DNA of 64,000 bases from Chthonomonadales bacterium (GCA_038229495.1 JBBROJ010000009.1:4342-68341), one strand, 5' to 3'. Counted from the first letter of the stretch, positions 18,691 through 28,334 are shown. Program-made: numbers and translations. The notes: generated from the sequence alone by a model not told the origin.

Positions 18691-19404
18691 ATGAAACGAA
18701 TATCACTTGGGAGAGCGCTAATCGCTCTAATATTAGCCAGCTCGGCTCTGACCGGTACGTCATGTTCGGCGGAGGCGCAGATCCGATTCCTGAATCCGGG
18801 GTTCTCATTCGGCCCAACCCTGCGCCCTCTCGGATCCCGGTTCCCAACGAACATTGGCGGCTACGACGTACCCTTTTTCGTTGTGAATCCGCAGGGGATT
18901 CGATCCGGCTATCTTGGACCGAACGGACCCTACAGCGCTCCGGTCGATCCTAACGCGGCGCACGCTTATCCAAATGGCGCGCCCATGGGGGCGGTCGGCT
19001 CTTCCGGCCTCTTCGCTCCTTTTAGCGGTTCGGGATCGACTGAAAACACATCTCAAGCGGAAATCGCCACAGGAAACGGAGCAGCGTCCGCAAACGTTCG
19101 GAATGCGCCTGTCACGGCGAGCAACAGCCTATACGGGACGCAGCCGATACCGCGCACTTCCGACTCCATCGAAGCGCGCATCGACAAAGACAACCGCCTC
19201 ATCATTAAGTGGTCGGGCGAGCCGAAGGCTGTAGCGAGCATTACGTTCGCGCTGCTGGACAAGGATCGCAAGCCGCTGAAACAGGAGAAAATTACCAAGC
19301 TGCCGACTCAGGCCAGCCTCTCCATTACGTCTAAAACCTCCTACTATCAGGTCCATATCGAGTATGTGAACGGCACGACGACAAACGTGATATCGCCGCT
19401 CTAA
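18691..19404 (+). CDS. Secreted hypothetical protein
   Basis: GGAG RBS, signal peptide, low-complexity middle region and a beta-rich C-terminal domain. Confidence 0.8.
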   Translation: MKRISLGRALIALILASSALTGTSCSAEAQIRFLNPGFSFGPTLRPLGSRFPTNIGGYDVPFFVVNPQGIRSGYLGPNGPYSAPVDPNAAHAYPNGAPMGAVGSSGLFAPFSGSGSTENTSQAEIATGNGAASANVRNAPVTASNSLYGTQPIPRTSDSIEARIDKDNRLIIKWSGEPKAVASITFALLDKDRKPLKQEKITKLPTQASLSITSKTSYYQVHIEYVNGTTTNVISPL

Positions 19405-19427
19405 CACCTACGAATCAGCGCGAGATG

Positions 19428-19460
19428 CCCTGGACCTTTACGCGTCCGGGGCCTTTTTTT
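19428..19460 (+). terminator. Intrinsic terminator
   Basis: GCCCTGGAC...GTCCGGGGC followed by a T-run. Confidence 0.75.
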
Positions 19461-19624
19461 GCGCCTGGCGAGCGTGCGAGCACGGAACAGCTTGAAAATG
19501 CGCGGCGTCTTACGCGTCGGTCCCGTAAATAAGCACCATGCAGATTAGGACCAACTTTCACCGTTCCGGGAGCATCCTGAAGCGGCAAACTACAAATCGG
19601 TATGCACATTGGAGGTACACGACA

Positions 19625-20107
19625 ATGCTGAAAAATACACTTAAACAGATTCTTGCGACTGCGGCGCTTGGCTTCCTGGTTACATCTGCTCATGCGCAGT
19701 CCGGCCCTCAAGTATCCGGACGCTTGGGCGGGTCAATAGTTGCAGCAAGCAATATCGGCTTCTTTAGTAACGGTATTGGCTTTATTAACAGCATTGGTTT
19801 CGGCGTACCTCGCTTATTTCTAGGCGGGAACAATGGTTTTGGAAATGGGGGCCGCGTGAGTCGCGCTCCTCTCGATGGTACCCAGGTTCCACTTGCCCTT
19901 GGGGCAGCAACGGGAATCCGAGTCGGACAAACATTTGGAGGCGTGAAACGCGCCCCGCTCGACGGGACCCTGGTACCGCAAGCTGGCCCGTTCGCTGGTA
20001 GGAGCCCGATTACGTCGTCAAGCGGAACTTTTGGATTCGGAAACGGCCGCGTGAATAGAGCTCCAGTGAATGGAACCCAGGTGCCTTTGGGAGCAAAAAG
20101 ACGATAA
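19625..20107 (+). CDS. Secreted Gly-rich protein with three RAP(L/V)(D/N)GT(Q/L)VP repeats
   Basis: GGAGG RBS, Sec signal MLKNTLKQILATAALGFLVTSAHA, and internal repeats. Confidence 0.8.
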   Translation: MLKNTLKQILATAALGFLVTSAHAQSGPQVSGRLGGSIVAASNIGFFSNGIGFINSIGFGVPRLFLGGNNGFGNGGRVSRAPLDGTQVPLALGAATGIRVGQTFGGVKRAPLDGTLVPQAGPFAGRSPITSSSGTFGFGNGRVNRAPVNGTQVPLGAKRR

Positions 20108-20146
20108 ACTTGCTGACAGTGAATAACAGCCCTAACCGGCTGACCA

Positions 20147-20188
20147 TAAGACAGGGGCGCGGGCCAGTCAGTCCGCGCCCCTGTCTTA
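20147..20188 (+). terminator. Strong hairpin after the repeat-protein gene
   Basis: Perfect 16-bp IR TAAGACAGGGGCGCGG / CCGCGCCCCTGTCTTA with no clear U-tract. Confidence 0.6.
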
Positions 20189-20289
20189 CGAGTCACCGAT
20201 GTGATTTGCGGCGGGCTTTCAAATGGTAAACATTCGTCAGCGGCGCTCGATTCATGTTGACGCACAAGAGATCGTCCAAAACGCATTTT

Positions 20290-20318
20290 TTGACACCACG
20301 CTCCGATCATGGTATACT
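20290..20318 (+). promoter_or_regulatory. sigma70 promoter upstream of secA
   Basis: TTGACA (20290-20295), 17-bp spacer, TATACT (20313-20318). Confidence 0.85.
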
Positions 20319-20324
20319 ACGAGC

Positions 20325-20532
20325 GCGATTTGAGCCGCCGAATCCGCCCCCTTGGGCCGACGGCGGCTTTGCTATGATGTGGCCGCAATGCTAAGAAATG
20401 CCGAGCCAGGTCACATCTCATCAAAGCAAAGTCGCCGTCATTCCGCGAAGCGGAACCGGCATCGTTTCGCAATTTGTACAGATGCAGCGCATCGGGATCA
20501 ATCTTCCAGCATTCCAGCATCCCGGCGCTCAA
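20325..20532 (+). ncRNA. Candidate structured leader RNA of secA
   Basis: Helices 20359-20373/20425-20439, 20376-20384/20409-20417, 20441-20455 and closing helix 20330-20340/20523-20532. An alternative helix pairs 20333-20340 with 20361-20368. Confidence 0.45.
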
Positions 20533-20582
20533 CATAAATAACCCGCTACTGAATTCTTGTGAGTTCTTGAGAATATAACCCT

Positions 20583-23500
20583 ATGGACTGGCTCCGCAAG
20601 CTATTCGACAACAACGAGCGCGACATCATCCGCTACCGGCTCGTCGTCGCCAAGATCAACGCGCTCGAACCCGAGATAGAGAAACTGACCGATGCACAGA
20701 TGCGCGACAAGACCGAGGAGTTCCGCGCCCACGTGCAGGGCGAGTGGCAGAAAAGCATGGACGCCCTCGACTTCACGGGTCTGTCGGACGCCGAGCGCAA
20801 GGACCGAACCCGCAAGGCGGTGGACGACGTGCTCGATGAGATTCTCCCCGAAGCGTTCGCGGTCGTTCGCGAGGCAGGCAGGCGCGCGCTGGGGCAACGG
20901 CATTATGACGTTCAGCTTATCGGCGGGATGGTAGCTCACGACGGTCGAATCGCGGAGCTGAGGACCGGCGAGGGCAAGACGCTCATGGCCACCATGCCGC
21001 TCTATCTCAACGCGCTGGCGGGCCGCGGCGCGCACCTCGTTACCGCCAATGACTATCTGTCCAAGGTCGGCGCAGTCTGGATGGGTCCGATCTACGCCTT
21101 GCTAGGCATGTCCGTGGGGATTATCCAGGGGCAGAGCCCCGAAACCGGTGACGAGGGCGGCTCCTACATCTTCGATCCGGCCTACGAGGACCCGGACCCG
21201 CGTTACACTTACTGCCGCCGCGTATCGCGCAAGGAGGCGTACGACTGCGACGTCACTTATGGCACGAACAACGAGTTCGGATTCGACTACCTGCGCGACA
21301 ATATGGCCTTCAGCGCCGACATGCTCGTCCAGCGCGATCTGCACTACGCCATCATCGACGAGGTGGACTCCATCCTGATTGACGAGGCGCGCACGCCGCT
21401 CATTATTTCGGGAATGTCGGGCGAGAATACCGAGAACTACGGGCGCGTGGATCGGGTGATTCGCACCCTGCGCGCGGGCATTGAGGCCAAGACGCAGCAG
21501 GAGAAGGACGACCCGAGCTCCGACAAGAACAACCCGAACATCGACTACCTTGTGGATGAGAAGGCAAAAACGGTCAATCCTACCGACCCCGGCATCAACA
21601 AAATAGAGAAGATGCTCGGCGTGCAGAATCTTGCCGAGAACCCGGAGCTGATGCACTACGTGACCGCCTCGCTTAAGGCGCATGCCCTCTTCAAGCGGGA
21701 TGTAGACTACGTGGTGAAGGACGGCGAAGAGGGGCCAGAGATCATCATCGTGGACGAGTTTACGGGCCGGCTGATGTTTGGGCGGCGCTACTCGGACGGC
21801 CTGCACCAGGCTATCGAGGCGAAGGAGGGCGTGCCGGTCAAGCACGAGTCGCAAACACTCGCGACGATTACCTTCCAGAACCTGTTCCGGCTCTATCTGA
21901 AGCTTGCCGGCATGACTGGCACGGCCAAGACGGAAGAGGACGAGTTCCGCAAGATCTACGGCCTCGACGTGGTGATGGTCCCGACCAACCGGCCCATGGT
22001 CCGAAAGGACATGGCCGACATTATCTATAAGAGTCAGGAGCACAAATTCCGCGGGATCGCGGCAGAGATTCTGGGTCTCTACGCGCGGCAGCAACCGGTC
22101 CTCGTTGGAACGCGCTCCATCGACATGTCGGAAAAAGTGTCCAACCGCATCGGAGCGAACAGCCTGCAAGTGCTGGCAGTCGTGTCTATGGTGCGGCAGC
22201 GGATGGAGACCTCGAAGAGCATCGACAAGAGCAAGCGCGAGCAGTGGACGAATGTGCTCAACACCGACCTCGACAAGCTGACGCTGGGCAAGCTGAACAG
22301 CATCGCCAAAGAGGCCGGAATCAATTCCGATCCGCTGGCGGAGGAGAACCTCAAAGAGGTCGCCCGGATGCTGGAGATCGGTGAAGATGACGAAACCCTC
22401 AACAATATCGACGAGGCGCTGCGATACGGAATCAAGCACACAGTCCTGAACGCCAAATATCATGAGAAGGAAGCCATTATTATCGCGGAGGCGGGGCGCA
22501 AGGGCGCGGTGACGATCGCGACCAACATGGCGGGACGCGGCGTAGATATTCTGCTCGGGGGCAAGCCGCACGACATGCAGCTCCCACCAGGACAGGACAC
22601 CACTTTGGACCTGTCCACTCCGGACCATGAAGACGCTCTGGTAATGGTTCCGGACGACCTGGCGGAAAAGGCTGAGGGCGAGGACGACGATAATCCTGAC
22701 CCCGTTTACCGGCCGGAACTTCTGCGCGATTATCGGCGGGGAGGCAAGCCGGGCTCGATTCTCGATTCAGTGACGACGCTCGAGCCCGAGGCGCACAAGG
22801 CCGCGGCAGACGAAGTGCGCAGCACGGGCGGCCTCTATATCCTCGGCACGGAGCGGCATGAAAGCCGGCGAATCGATAATCAGCTTCGAGGGCGCGCGGG
22901 GCGCCAGGGCGACCCTGGAGCGAGCCGGTTCTTTGTTTCGCTGGAGGACGAGTTGTGGCGTCTGTTTGGGGATCGCACACAGTCTCCCCTGCTGCGCTCA
23001 TGGCCGGAACACGAGGCAATGGACGCGCGCATCCTCTCGAAGATGATCGAGCGGGCGCAGAAGAAGGTCGAGGAGCACTACTTCGAATCGCGCAAGCACG
23101 TACTCCAGTACGACGACGTGATGAACAAGCAGCGCGAGGTGATCTATGCGGAACGCCGCCGAATCCTGGAGGGCGCGGACCTTCGCGAGACTATCGTCGG
23201 TTTCCTGCGCCAGACAATCGCCGATTCCGTGGACATTTTCTGTCCCGAGAGCGAGACCGAACAGAACTGGGATATCGATGGGCTTTACGAAGGGCTGGAA
23301 GAGTACTTCCCGCTCTCGTTCTACGGCAGCCGGGAGGACCTGAGCGGCAAGTCGAAAGAGGAGCTTCAAGACTGGCTAACCGACCGGATTGAGAAAGCCT
23401 ATGTCGACAAGGAGCAGCAGCTCGCGGAGGCTACGGGCGATGCCGAAGTTATGCGAGAATTCGAGCGCCGGGTCGCGCTAGAAGTTATCAACCGCAAGTG

Positions 23501-23876
23501 GATGGAGCATCTTGCCTCGATGGACTATTTGCGAGAGGGAATCTTTCTGCGCGGCTATGCGCAGCAGGACCCGCTTGTGGTTTATCAAAAAGAGGCGTTC
23601 GGGATGTTCGAGATCATGCAGCAATCGATCCAGGACGAGATCGCGAAATTCATGTTCCACATCCAGCTCGTGCAGGAGTCTCCCGAGGAGAACCGGCCGG
23701 AGCCGCCGAAGCGCTACAACGACTGGATGAGCCTGGATGACGGCGGCGGCACTCAGCGCCCGCCGGGAATGCCCCCTCGTCAGGATCTGCGCCCTCCCTC
23801 GAAGAAGCCGGGCAGGAACGAGCCCTGCTGGTGCGGCAGCGGCAAGAAGTACAAGTCCTGCCACTACCCGGATTAG
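20583..23876 (+). CDS. secA: Preprotein translocase subunit SecA
   Basis: LRTGEGKT, IIDEVDSILIDEARTPLIISG, ATNMAGRGVDI, GTERHESRRIDNQLRGRAGRQGDPG and the SEC-C motif GRNEPCWCGSGKKYKSCH. Confidence 0.99.
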   Translation: MDWLRKLFDNNERDIIRYRLVVAKINALEPEIEKLTDAQMRDKTEEFRAHVQGEWQKSMDALDFTGLSDAERKDRTRKAVDDVLDEILPEAFAVVREAGRRALGQRHYDVQLIGGMVAHDGRIAELRTGEGKTLMATMPLYLNALAGRGAHLVTANDYLSKVGAVWMGPIYALLGMSVGIIQGQSPETGDEGGSYIFDPAYEDPDPRYTYCRRVSRKEAYDCDVTYGTNNEFGFDYLRDNMAFSADMLVQRDLHYAIIDEVDSILIDEARTPLIISGMSGENTENYGRVDRVIRTLRAGIEAKTQQEKDDPSSDKNNPNIDYLVDEKAKTVNPTDPGINKIEKMLGVQNLAENPELMHYVTASLKAHALFKRDVDYVVKDGEEGPEIIIVDEFTGRLMFGRRYSDGLHQAIEAKEGVPVKHESQTLATITFQNLFRLYLKLAGMTGTAKTEEDEFRKIYGLDVVMVPTNRPMVRKDMADIIYKSQEHKFRGIAAEILGLYARQQPVLVGTRSIDMSEKVSNRIGANSLQVLAVVSMVRQRMETSKSIDKSKREQWTNVLNTDLDKLTLGKLNSIAKEAGINSDPLAEENLKEVARMLEIGEDDETLNNIDEALRYGIKHTVLNAKYHEKEAIIIAEAGRKGAVTIATNMAGRGVDILLGGKPHDMQLPPGQDTTLDLSTPDHEDALVMVPDDLAEKAEGEDDDNPDPVYRPELLRDYRRGGKPGSILDSVTTLEPEAHKAAADEVRSTGGLYILGTERHESRRIDNQLRGRAGRQGDPGASRFFVSLEDELWRLFGDRTQSPLLRSWPEHEAMDARILSKMIERAQKKVEEHYFESRKHVLQYDDVMNKQREVIYAERRRILEGADLRETIVGFLRQTIADSVDIFCPESETEQNWDIDGLYEGLEEYFPLSFYGSREDLSGKSKEELQDWLTDRIEKAYVDKEQQLAEATGDAEVMREFERRVALEVINRKWMEHLASMDYLREGIFLRGYAQQDPLVVYQKEAFGMFEIMQQSIQDEIAKFMFHIQLVQESPEENRPEPPKRYNDWMSLDDGGGTQRPPGMPPRQDLRPPSKKPGRNEPCWCGSGKKYKSCHYPD

Positions 23877-23887
23877 GCGTGAGGCCA

Positions 23888-23955
23888 CCCACCCCCCGGC
23901 CCCCTCCCGGAACGGGAGGGGAGCAGTAGCGGAGGTTCGATCCTTCGACCAGAAG
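23888..23955. repeat. REP-like element, inverted homolog of 39915-39982
   Basis: CCCACCCCCCGGCCCCCTCCCGGAACGGGAGGGGGAG...GGTTCGATCCTTCGACCAG. Confidence 0.75.
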
Positions 23956-24075
23956 CCCTTGAAGTCATTCTTATGGGAGCCTTAACGACCTGAATAGTCC
24001 GGCGCGGGTTTCCTACAGGGCGCAGCAAGCAGCGTCCCTACGATGTTGGCATCGCTAAAATTGGAGCGCTATTAT

Positions 24076-24981
24076 ATGCCATACGACCTGCCGGAGACCG
24101 TTCAAGGACGCGAGGCCGGCTATCCCTATATTCCCGCGTCTGTATTCGCCACGTCGAATGGAACACCCTACCTCCGGTCGCCCGGTGTCCATCTAATCGC
24201 GAAACCAGCCGTCTCTCTCGACAGCATGCGCGAATTTCTGGAGGGGTTCGACCCTGCATTAGGGTTTCCGCAGTACCTCGACGACCCGACTCCGCTGCCG
24301 CCGGGGACACAGTTATGCAAGGTGGCGGGGCAGCTCTGTTACGCGAGCTTTACGCCGAAACGTACGACCAATGAGAACGCCGAGCGCTACTTCCGCAACA
24401 TCAAGGAGTCCGGGCACGGGTCGGTGCTGGAGCACGCCAACTTCACGTTTCTGTTCTATGGAATCTCCCGCAGCGTGACGCATGAGCTGGTGCGGCACCG
24501 GGCCGGCATGGGGTACAGCCAGCTTAGCCAGCGGTATGTGTCGGGGAGAGTGCTGCGATTCGTGGAGCGTCCGGAGTATCGGGATGATCCGGAGCTGCAC
24601 GCACTTTTCGAGGAGCGAATCGACCGAGCAGCGCACGACTATGCGAAAATCGCGGACGGGCTGCTGGAGCGGCAGAAGTCGGGAGTGGAGATTCTGAGCG
24701 GGGATGCCAAGACCGACCTCCGCAAGAAGGTCCAGCAGACGGCCCGCTCAGTTCTGCCGAATGAGACCGAAGCCCCAATCGTGGTGACCGGCAACGCGCG
24801 CGCGTGGCGGCACGTCGTCGAGATGCGCGCAAACAGCCATGCGGAGATCGAGATTCGCGCGCTGCTTTTCAATACCTACCTCTGCCTCTCGGCAGTGGAC
24901 CCCATCCTGTTCGGCGACTATCAGATCGCTTCCTATTCGGACGGCACGAACGGCGTGGAGAGCACGTACAGGAAGGTCTAG
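24076..24981 (+). CDS. thyX: FAD-dependent thymidylate synthase
   Basis: GHGSVLEHANFTF, GISRSVTHELVRHR..GYSQLSQRY, ARSVLPN, AEIEIR. Confidence 0.96.
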   Translation: MPYDLPETVQGREAGYPYIPASVFATSNGTPYLRSPGVHLIAKPAVSLDSMREFLEGFDPALGFPQYLDDPTPLPPGTQLCKVAGQLCYASFTPKRTTNENAERYFRNIKESGHGSVLEHANFTFLFYGISRSVTHELVRHRAGMGYSQLSQRYVSGRVLRFVERPEYRDDPELHALFEERIDRAAHDYAKIADGLLERQKSGVEILSGDAKTDLRKKVQQTARSVLPNETEAPIVVTGNARAWRHVVEMRANSHAEIEIRALLFNTYLCLSAVDPILFGDYQIASYSDGTNGVESTYRKV

Positions 24982-25042
24982 AAGGGAAGAAGGGAAGAAT
25001 ACTTCGGCTTCCCTTCTTCCCATCTTCCCTTCTCCCCTTCCT
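24981..25042. repeat. Purine/pyrimidine inverted repeat between convergent genes
   Basis: GAAGGGAAGAAGGGAAG...CTTCCCTTCTTCCCATCTTCCCTTC. Confidence 0.6.
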
Positions 25043-25046
25043 GGTC

Positions 25047-25808
25047 TCAAGCTTTTCCCCACTTTCTCAAATTATCGAGGCTGATTCGGGCGCTTGCCAG
25101 CGGCGGGCGGGCGCATTTGTCCTGCTCCACGATGTACCAGGCGACGCCCGGAAGAGCTTCCGCCGCGCTGAATATCGCGTTGAAATCCATGCGGCCCTCG
25201 CCTACTTCCGCGAAGGTCGGCTGTTCGCCCCCGGTCATGTCCTTGAGATGAATGAGCGGGATACGACCTGCATACTTTGTAATATAGACCGCCGCGCTTT
25301 CTCCCGCAAACTCCACCCAATAGGTATCCAGCTCGACCTTCACCAGTTCGGGATCCGCCGCGCCGAAGAGGATGTCGAACCCGGCCTCTCCGCCAAATCT
25401 CTCGAATTCAAACGCGTGATTGTGGTAGCAGAGCTGAATCCCGCGCTCCCGCGCGCGTGCGCCGGCCTCGGTTAGCACGTCCGCCAGCCTGCGATAGTCG
25501 TCGCCGCTTTGACGCCGGTCCTCCGGAAGCCACGGACAGGTAATGAATTTCGCGCCCAACTTGCTATAGTAATCAAGCGCGGAATCGAAATCATTCTCCA
25601 TTTGTGCCAGCGCAACGTGCGTCCCCGCGACCGCGAGTGCGAGGTCACCAAGCAGTTTCTTCAATTCCGCGGCGGGGAGTCCGCCGGTCCCTGCGAGCTC
25701 GATACCGGGATAACCGATCTCTGCCACCTTTTTGAGCGCACCAGCGAAATCCAGCGCAGCGTCATCGCGCACGGTGTACATTTGCAGCGCGACCGGAATT
25801 CGACTCAT
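25047..25808 (-). CDS. Sugar phosphate isomerase/epimerase (IolE/XylA-like TIM barrel)
   Basis: ALQMYTVRD, YHNHAFEF, ELDTYW, HLKD, IVEQD. Confidence 0.93.
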   Translation of the reverse strand: MSRIPVALQMYTVRDDAALDFAGALKKVAEIGYPGIELAGTGGLPAAELKKLLGDLALAVAGTHVALAQMENDFDSALDYYSKLGAKFITCPWLPEDRRQSGDDYRRLADVLTEAGARARERGIQLCYHNHAFEFERFGGEAGFDILFGAADPELVKVELDTYWVEFAGESAAVYITKYAGRIPLIHLKDMTGGEQPTFAEVGEGRMDFNAIFSAAEALPGVAWYIVEQDKCARPPLASARISLDNLRKWGKA

Positions 25809-25853
25809 CTGGTCTCTTTCCTTTCGGGGCAGGTCTTTGCCCCAAAATGAAAC

Positions 25854-25885
25854 AAAAAGCCCCTCCGTTGGCGTACCGGAGGGGC
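25854..25885 (-). terminator. Intrinsic terminator
   Basis: GCCCCTCCG/CGGAGGGGC stem followed by TTTTT on the minus strand. Confidence 0.8.
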
Positions 25886-25909
25886 AGTCACTTCTCAAAA
25901 GACGCGTTT

Positions 25910-26707
25910 CTACTCAGCGTGCGCCTTCTCGGCAAGAGCCTTCTCGACCATCGCGATGAACTCCGGCGAGTTCGGCTTGGTGCGCGCCGGGATTCGAGCG
26001 ATGATCTCGCCTTTGCGATTCACGAGGAACTTGGCGAAGTTCCACTCGATATCACCGCCGAACGTGGGGTCAGTTTCCTTGTTCGTCAGGAACTTGTACA
26101 GGGGGTCCTGTCCTTCGCCCTTAACGACGATTTTGGAGAACATGGGGAACTTGACCTTATAGGTCAGCTCGCAAAACTCCTTGATCTCCTTGTTGGTACC
26201 GGGCTCCTGCGCCCCGAATTCGTTGGCTGGGAATCCCAGGACAACGAGCCCCTTGTCTTTGTAGGTATCGTACAGCTTCTCGAGGTCCGCATACTGGGGC
26301 GTGTTGCCGCACTTCGACGCCACGTTTACCAGCAGCGCAACCTGTCCCTGATAGCGAGCAAGGTTGACGTTCTTTCCTTCGATGTTCTTTTCGGTGTATC
26401 GCCATACGGGGGCAATCCCTGTAATGTTAGGATACGCGGGCGTCTTCGCCATGGCTTCGCCACCCTTCGTGCCGGGTGTGACGCCAGCCGCCTTCGCCTC
26501 GAAGACCTCGTCAAATTTGTCGAACGAGTGATCGTTGGCGCCGTAATAGAGGCCGCGGAAATTGCGGGGGCCGCCTGGGTTCTGGTGACAGTGGTCGCAG
26601 GCGACCTTCTCCTTCATAGCATATTTGGGCCTGGCTTGAGCGCTGTTGGGCAGCATGGCAATGGCGGCCGCCGCAAGTGCGACCAGACCGATCATGCGCA
26701 AAGACAT
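25910..26707 (-). CDS. Secreted glutathione peroxidase with an N-terminal CxxCH (c-type heme) domain
   Basis: Signal peptide, CDHCH, and GPx motifs NVASKCGNTPQY, GFPANEFGAQEPG and WNFAKFL. Confidence 0.92.
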   Translation of the reverse strand: MSLRMIGLVALAAAAIAMLPNSAQARPKYAMKEKVACDHCHQNPGGPRNFRGLYYGANDHSFDKFDEVFEAKAAGVTPGTKGGEAMAKTPAYPNITGIAPVWRYTEKNIEGKNVNLARYQGQVALLVNVASKCGNTPQYADLEKLYDTYKDKGLVVLGFPANEFGAQEPGTNKEIKEFCELTYKVKFPMFSKIVVKGEGQDPLYKFLTNKETDPTFGGDIEWNFAKFLVNRKGEIIARIPARTKPNSPEFIAMVEKALAEKAHAE

Positions 26708-26953
26708 AAGTTCTCTCCTTGCTTGATTTAAGCAGTGGTAAATTAAAGCCTTGGTTAATAAAAGATTGATAGCGGACGCTACATCCGATTAGACGGTTTG
26801 CGCGCCACAAGGTTCGTTCAAATTGACACAATTACCTAGAATCTAATTGCGATATAATCCATAATTCCTGCGCCAGGCGCGCCTCGGTACGCATTGACGT
26901 GTCCCCCGTTCAATTTCAAAGCGGGACACGATTATGACAGGCAGCGCTAGTTT

Positions 26954-28201
26954 TTAACGCCTGCGGAGAAAGGCAGGGATATCAAGGTCGTTTTCATTGC
27001 CGGCGGTCTTGACGTTGGGCTCCTCGCGAGGTTGGTCCGAATGGAATGCAGGCGGCGGTGCAGGATGTGTCGGCTGCCCAGGCTGCGCGCCGCCCGGACC
27101 CGACGTCGGAAACGAAGAGGGCGGAGTCTGCTGGCGCTGGAGTGCGGGAGTGTCTAAAGGCCGCGCGCCCGGATGCGGTTGCACCGTTGGTTGAGTCACG
27201 GTTGTGGTCGTCGTGTGGATCGGATGTTGACTCGGGCGATTCGAGAAGCCAGTGGCGAGCACAGTGACGCGGACCTGCCCCTCCATCGCCGGGTCGGAAA
27301 CCCAGCCGAAGATAATGTTGGCTTCCTTGCGGTCGCAAAGATTGTTGATGAGCTGCGCGGCCTCGTTGGCCTCCTGAAGCGTAAGGTCCGGTCCGGACGT
27401 CACGTTAATGAGGACCCGCAAAGCGCCCTCGATGCTCGTTTCAAGAAGCGGGCTGGAGATTGCGGCCTGAGCGGCAACCACCGCGCGATCCTCCCCGGTC
27501 GCCGAGCCGATGCCCATCAGCGCGGACCCGGCGCTCTGCATGATGGCCTTCACGTCGGCGAAATCGACGTTGATCTGGCCGGGAATTGTAATGATGTCGG
27601 AAATGCCCTGCACGCCCTGGCGCAGCACGTCGTCGGCAACCTTGAAGGCTTCAACCAGCGTCATCCGCTTGTCGCCCACGGAGAGCAGCTTGTCGTTCGG
27701 GACGACGATAACGGTATCGACCTTCGCCTTGAGGTTGTCCACCCCCTCTTCAGCAAGGCGCATCCGGCGCGGCCCCTCGAAGTTGAAAGGCTTGGTGACG
27801 ACGGCAACGGTCAGCGCGCCGATCTCGCGCGCAATCTCCGCGATGACGGGGGCCGCGCCGGTCCCCGTGCCGCCACCCATACCCGCAGTGATGAAGACCA
27901 TGTCCGCGCCTTCCATGGCCTTCTTGATCTCGCTCTTGCTCTCCTCGGCGGCGCTGCGACCGATGTCGGGGTTTCCCCCCGCGCCCAGCCCACGGGTCAG
28001 GTTCTCGCCCAGACCCATTTTCACCGGCGCGAGAGATACGTTCAGAACCTGGCGGTCCGTGTTCATCGCGTAGAAATCGACGCCGCCAAGACCCGATTCG
28101 ATCATGCGGTTGACGGCGTTGGTGCCGCCGCCCCCCACCCCGATCACTTTAATCTTCGCGCCGTACGTCTCTTCGTAGCGACCATTATATGCGCCTGCCA
28201 T
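26954..28201 (-). CDS. ftsZ: Cell division protein FtsZ
   Basis: [25 protein letters not shown] and C-terminal [11 protein letters not shown]. Confidence 0.99.
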   Translation of the reverse strand: MAGAYNGRYEETYGAKIKVIGVGGGGTNAVNRMIESGLGGVDFYAMNTDRQVLNVSLAPVKMGLGENLTRGLGAGGNPDIGRSAAEESKSEIKKAMEGADMVFITAGMGGGTGTGAAPVIAEIAREIGALTVAVVTKPFNFEGPRRMRLAEEGVDNLKAKVDTVIVVPNDKLLSVGDKRMTLVEAFKVADDVLRQGVQGISDIITIPGQINVDFADVKAIMQSAGSALMGIGSATGEDRAVVAAQAAISSPLLETSIEGALRVLINVTSGPDLTLQEANEAAQLINNLCDRKEANIIFGWVSDPAMEGQVRVTVLATGFSNRPSQHPIHTTTTTVTQPTVQPHPGARPLDTPALQRQQTPPSSFPTSGPGGAQPGQPTHPAPPPAFHSDQPREEPNVKTAGNENDLDIPAFLRRR

Positions 28202-28334
28202 AGGAATATGCCCCCTTATGATTGCGGAGGATGGAACACTCGAATCGTCCAGCGAAAGGAACAGCTGTGGTCCTTTCTCGGTTCGGTCTTCGTCCCTCAA
28301 CTATGAATTCGCCCTATTGAATGTTGAATATGGC

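Noticed and set aside
20325-20532. SRP RNA, 6S RNA, tmRNA or RNase P
   Set aside because: There is no SRP domain-IV CAGG..GGAA..AGCA motif, no tRNA-like ends and no RNase P P4 consensus. The multi-branched fold is unlike the 6S rod.
25910-26707. Selenocysteine in the GPx or in DUF3179 (57295-58560)
   Set aside because: The active-site codons are Cys codons and neither gene has an in-frame TGA.
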